Assembly: GCA_004764695.1 (NCBI GenBank)
Contig: SMSO01000032.1
Span: 2,170,001-2,234,000, forward strand
Reading direction: 5' to 3'
DNA length: 64,000 nt
Source: Schizochytrium sp. TIO01
Taxonomy: Eukaryota > Protista > Bigyra: Labyrinthulomycetes
The notes below the pieces were generated by a model. The model made no database searches. It was not told where the DNA came from and worked only from the letters and a program-made list of their open reading frames with translations. Shown here in pieces: positions 59,901-64,000 of the stretch (position 1 is the first letter of the stretch; each line of letters starts with the position of its first letter). Position numbers and translations under genes: made by a program.

Positions 59901-60664
59901 TGATTATCCTCTACAGGATCACCATGAGTGCCACATGAGAACGCAGTTTCCTCCTCCGATGTTGAATTCGAATTAAGATCAGTAGAACGCTCGGCGGTGG
60001 ATGTTGCATTGGAGGATGCGCTAATGCGTGCATCCTTAACATTGTACATGATATACAGATCGCTTCCCTCTGAAGTAGAGTCAACGTAATACATCTGGCC
60101 ACTCTTGGTGGTAATAGTAGCCGTAAGGCTGTCCACTTTGTCTGTCTCAAGGTTGATGTGAATATTTGACCCATCATCGCAGCCTCCATTCCAAGCGCGA
60201 ATCGTCGGATACTTAATACGTAACGCCTCAGGAAGAACAAAGGACTGCTCCATGGCACATGTCGTTGCATTGCCAGATGGAGTTTCGATGGTAATACTCC
60301 ATGTTCCATTATGTGCAGGGTCTTGCTCAGAAAGCGCGAGAACAGTTGTTGTGTTCAAAGCAACAAATGACTTTCTAAGGATGTTACTCACGCGATCCTG
60401 CAAGAATCGGTTTGTCCATTGTGCGGAAAGTGCACGTCTTTCATGGCCTTCATGGTGAGCCCAAAGAGATCCATAAGCGGGAAAGCTGTCCTCTTCTTCG
60501 ATCGCGTGTGCTACCGAGATGGTTTCTAGGATGACAAATGCGAGCAAGACAATCGTTACAAGGGTCCTCCCAGCGCCGAAAACCATCGTCACGCCTTGCC
60601 TTGGCTTCCTTTGCGTTTTGGGGTCGAGATTGAGGTCCCCATCAGGACATCGCATCGTCCTCAT
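56957..60664 (-). CDS. Membrane-anchored zinc metalloprotease, reprolysin-like (M12B; bacterial Reprolysin_4/5 type)
   Basis: N-terminal hydrophobic signal, prodomain with FSCGT (Cys switch), RVNGIYSRELGI, FDIGHSF, YVSHEMGHQVYGAH, AVEPGSGSTIMGYA (Met-turn), GS linker, TM helix AIYGAVGAGVGVIVLGAAIFAY-RRK and a Pro/Ser-rich tail. Confidence 0.9.
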   Translation of the reverse strand: MRTMRCPDGDLNLDPKTQRKPRQGVTMVFGAGRTLVTIVLLAFVILETISVAHAIEEEDSFPAYGSLWAHHEGHERRALSAQWTNRFLQDRVSNILRKSFVALNTTTVLALSEQDPAHNGTWSITIETPSGNATTCAMEQSFVLPEALRIKYPTIRAWNGGCDDGSNIHINLETDKVDSLTATITTKSGQMYYVDSTSEGSDLYIMYNVKDARISASSNATSTAERSTDLNSNSTSEEETAFSCGTHGDPVEDNHTHASEEELNMAVLENNNENSTSRNNTDSRRQLSDTVTSQGYIFRMALIANKQYSAYYGSTVTSVLSSFVTIMSRVNGIYSRELGIYFRLIDRVDELICISGSCDYDLPNDSTLLNYNMDFIASRNISTSEFDIGHSFSTGAGGVAQYPSLCYSSSKARGTTGISRPVGDSFSVDYVSHEMGHQVYGAHSFRDCGSSLMLAGAVEPGSGSTIMGYANLCSGRNLQSYSDPYFNPINLQAMRKFVESRTASDSSCGEIITTDEIRPVVSVLNDTWVVPVGNAFQLRGKLENDAAASSYYAWDRVDTSAQTYSNTTLGDFRPYEPIDSQSRFFPNLYNLANSVTSLSEHLPKTDMTMTMRFTARRSFQATKLQTNFSKDLIGDFGYADVGIQFSSSVGPLAFTNTDALLNSSLEPLEDFTFEWDVAGTDSLSSKVQILVAIDELYSSSSTYDYADDTVDLDWWLVGEVDNTGSATLTLPLMKNNTALNVHYMIRSVNSPIMDGDLGFYFFDLAPNGQLNAKSTTTEIVSQSVFNSTTTSANNTGSGTTSGSGSSSGSGSSSGSGSSSGSGSSSGSGSSSGSGSSSGSGTTTDNAGSGESGTSSTTSDDEDSGAASTAIYGAVGAGVGVIVLGAAIFAYRRKSQRSNRREALTTGPHTVDLSDKSDYNEPKPSFFRQSTARFFGGNKGGDGYSLGHSAVGAPGPFAASSSSRAGNLPHQPSFNFPDDNDASNSRSRAQILHGAPSFHFGSSEPASPKPSRLPNTHGAPSFHFDHHAHEESRATADVSFKMPRSYNDASEHDFESSSSTVPPSPPPMFGKPSGLASRLSWFRKAPSADPTETDVESQRQKQPPPVPPKYHAPPVPPLPPTFPTVNAEAESTNAASSKSSQRSSIRDFANRFLPARSAPGGNTDDLPAFLYPSAGSGKTDQRAWSPSQQPPSLSSSSSSNASARNAWAENRWKGGSNSAKSSSRSAWAQSRWPHDK
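58146..58262 (-). repeat. Coding 18-bp tandem repeat (~6.5 copies) encoding (SGSGSS)n stalk linker
   Basis: CCACTTCCGCTGCT(C/T)GAA is repeated on the + strand from 58146. Confidence 0.95.
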
Positions 60665-63600
60665 GGTTACTCAATGTGTACTGTACGAAATAAACTGTTT
60701 GAAGGAGGCGTTTTTCTTCAAGTCTTTGAAAGCTCAATACTCACAGAGATGAACCTTGTGTCACTTTTGTGTCAGCTAGTGCTTGCTTGTTGATATTTCA
60801 CTGCTCCTACCCAGCTCAGTATAATGTGAGCGTGCGTCGAAAAGAAAGCTAACTCTGGAGACGAGCTAGGGCGACGATGACGAGAAGATGCCTGCCAGCA
60901 ATCACCAATTGAAGAAAAAAAGTTACAGAGAGTCAAAGCCCCAGTTTACCGCGTGAGTATGCTCGCTTGCACAGCAGCAACCAGTGAACCGGAAGTCCGT
61001 CGGGTTAGAGTATTGCTTTGGTAAAGCAAGAAGAGATGCACCGGTGATTGATTGAAACCAAAGTCCGTGTGTATGTACGTATACACAATGAATCGATGCA
61101 CAAGAGACCAAAACCCTATCGAAATACGGAGGCACGTGCAGGGGCAATATAGGAGTTTTATCTCAGTTATTTGATATTCACGAAACAGAATATTTTACGA
61201 GTGCACGCGCGTTTCAGAGGGTCTAAGCAGGCAATGGAGGGGGTAGTCTGTAACCTGGTGAATTGGCGTGCTGACAAAACAAACAATGCGCCACTCAAAA
61301 TGTGCGAGCTGAAAAGAGAGACCTCGAAGAATGAATGAATGAATATAAAGTACAAACCAAAGCCAAGCCTGCCGCAGTCGACGCGGGCTCAGATTTGTGG
61401 ATTCTGCACGGTCCTCCTAAAATCCTGCGTACGTCGAGAAACGAGCTACGGGTTTCCTCCTCACGACATACATGCACTTTCTTACCTCGAGTTCGCTTTT
61501 GTTTGTTTCTTTATTGACGAATCGAACTCTATAATGTAACTAACCGAATCCACCCGTGTCCTTTGAAGTTTTCTTTTGTTTTAATAAAGTTTGATCGCCT
61601 TTTATTCTGTAAGCTTGAACCTCTCTGTTGTATGTGTGCACGCACACTCTAGCGAGTTCAAGCAATGATAAACTAATCAATCTTAGAAAGCAGAAGCACG
61701 AGAGTATAGCAAAGTCAGGAGAACCAGAAGCGGCCAATGTTTAATGATAACGACAGCCAGCACCCCTCAATTCGAGGAACCAAACCAACGAAGGAGTAGA
61801 AAAAAAAAGCAAAGGCAGGCAGGCTTTCTTTCCAAGGTAAGAGTAACTCCCTACCAACTGAGATACTTTTCGAGCGACCAGGAAGGAAAGAGATGGCAAA
61901 AGGAAGAAATTACTAAATGGTGGGCGTGACCTTAGACTCCTAGTTTACCCCCTTACTATCCACGTGAATCAGGCCTGGGGCACCAGTTCCTTATCGGTTC
62001 CACTGTCGTTCCCTTACTTTGTTTTCTTCCTCGTTTCGTTATGATGCCCGCGGGCTTCGAGATCTTGCTTGGGCAGCGAGCAAGCGCCAACTGAGCTCGG
62101 TGGATCGAAGGCAGGCAATCCAGATCCTCGACTTTGCGAGGACTCAGCCTCCCTGCGACTGGACAGATCCTAACTGGTCAGATCGCAATGTATCGATTCG
62201 GGTTTGGTGCTGCTGTGGCGGCGTGCTCCACTTAGGAATTCCGTACCAATAGCGCACCTTAGAGTTGTGTAGTGAGATCTTAGCTGAGATGTAAACTTTG
62301 CACAAAGTTTTAGGACTTCGCAAAGGTGGCGAGCGTACGCGTGGCCCATTATAACGAGCTATGCTGCGGCATTTTCTAACACGCAGTATGGAAAGAACTG
62401 GAAACAAACACCAGAGGGCCTGTCCTTAGTTGAGGCTGACTCCTGACATCTTCCCCGATGCTGGTTGCATAGGCACGACGGTAGCACGAGTACTTCATGA
62501 AGTTCGTTCACGTCGCACTTACACACTGTATTTGCTTGTGTATGGATGGAGACCAAGCTCTTGAGCAACAGTTTCGTTTGGCTTTCAGAGATCGATCGCT
62601 TCTTCAACTTCGATGCATGCCGATCGGAAGACCACCGCGGCAGTCGAACCTTGAAGATGACAATCTTTGCAAATGGCAAGCGTCCGGAGGAGGCTGGGTC
62701 TGATTGAAGTAGTGCGAATCGAGCTCAAGCTGGAGGTCGGGATCGATTGAGGGATTCCATTTCGTAGTTCTTCCCATGCCCAGAAGGAAGTAGTCGGTAG
62801 GGAGTCGTATCATAGGAGGTAGCTAGCACGTGCGCCATTTCAACGTTCACAGAAGAAGCCTAAACTGAGGAAAGATGACGAGGTTGGTACCAACCAGTAG
62901 CGGTAGAAGAGCAGTTGCTCGCGCAATAGGAGATATGGCACTGCGTGCAGAATAGGTCCTCTCTGAGAAGCGAGTATTGCTCCAGTTGCTTCAGGAGCAG
63001 AACTCTGCACGAAAATAATGATGTTGAGAGTGCGCTTGGATTGGAAGGCGCGCACTATCTTATCATATGCAGCGGGGCTGTTATTGGCCGAATACTAGGA
63101 GTCAGCCATCTCGCCAAAACGATGATGACAGGACTTCTATCAACTCGAAGCTAGCTGCGAGCTTGGAGGAAGGAAAGCAGGCAAGAACGAAGGAGTCTCG
63201 GAGAAAGCTCAAAATCTACGGAATGGCAGAAGAGGGTTCTGAACGAGGCACCTCAGACCAGATTCTTTGTAGAGCAGGGTGTAGTATTGTAATTTGTACG
63301 GAACAAGTTTTTCAACCTTAAGACGATAGCAGCAGGAAACAAACTGGGGTCGGATGCAGATTAAATCAATGGTAGTGGTATTTCCTTTACCAAGGCTTTT
63401 GAAAGCAATCGATCAAAGAGCCTCATTTTAAAAACTCAGGCCGCTCGGCTCTCAAGTTCAAGGTGGTTCTACAATTTCTCCTTTATTTTCAATCAATTCA
63501 TAAAGCAGAAGAACTGCTAGAGGGTTAACGAGGAGAACGCGTAGCACAGCTGTTAATTTTAAGCGCGAGATGGCTTAGGCGGCAGCCGTTTTCGTGATGT

Positions 63601-64000
63601 TTTTATTTTGAGGGTAACCTGCTAGCGAACACAGGAACGAGATTGCGAAATCAAGTTGGCGGGGCTGTATTTGAAGCTTGCAAAACCAGCCATCAACGCA
63701 TGGTTATTTGCAACACTTTTTATATTAAAACAAATTATTGTTATTTTTTATTATTTTTTATCATCATCATCATCATAACAATCAAAAGACAGAAACAATA
63801 GCTTCAGGGATCCAACAGCCGTGAATAATAACCGGTCAAATTTAGGCTTGAGTTTGAGGAGTCCTGGGCTAACTGCCATTGTAGTAGCCACTCATCATGT
63901 CAGAACTTTCCAATCATGGAGCTCTTTGACGCTGTGAAGCGAGGCCACGCGTATCCGGGACATAGTTCGCTACGTAACGGTTATAACCAATGTTAGCAGG

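Noticed and set aside
1-64000. Endogenous giant-virus (mirusvirus/NCLDV) insertion
   Set aside because: Only one virus-like gene (the nucleotidyltransferase) is present, flanked by ordinary host genes; no capsid, polymerase or packaging ATPase was seen.

Overview
Eukaryotic, intron-poor genomic DNA with microsatellite-rich intergenic regions. The style suggests a stramenopile such as a thraustochytrid, but this is inference only. Recognisable genes are the 3' end of a C2H2 zinc-finger gene, PRP38, cryptochrome-DASH, a ~1,900-aa PAN/apple type-I membrane protein (split by four single-base frameshifts), a phage/giant-virus/fungal-type Pol-beta-superfamily nucleotidyltransferase, a myristoylated double-FHA protein, a MAP kinase kinase (one frameshift), ICMT/STE14 and a membrane-anchored bacterial-type reprolysin metalloprotease. 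The main unexplained structure is a head-to-tail cluster of three highly diverged paralogs (about 38.1-53.4 kb). They share an unnamed ~250-300-aa module: a helical R-N-W/F ... K-x-K-x(4)-E-R region, a W...H helix, a C-x-C-x-x-C-x-x-W motif and a (W/H)-T-R helix. Their N-termini are low-complexity or acidic, and the cluster follows a ~16.7-kb gene-free, repeat-rich region, so it is a candidate lineage-specific transcription-regulator family. The frameshifts look like uncorrected sequencing indels rather than pseudogenisation. No rRNA, tRNA, CRISPR array or intact transposon was recognised.
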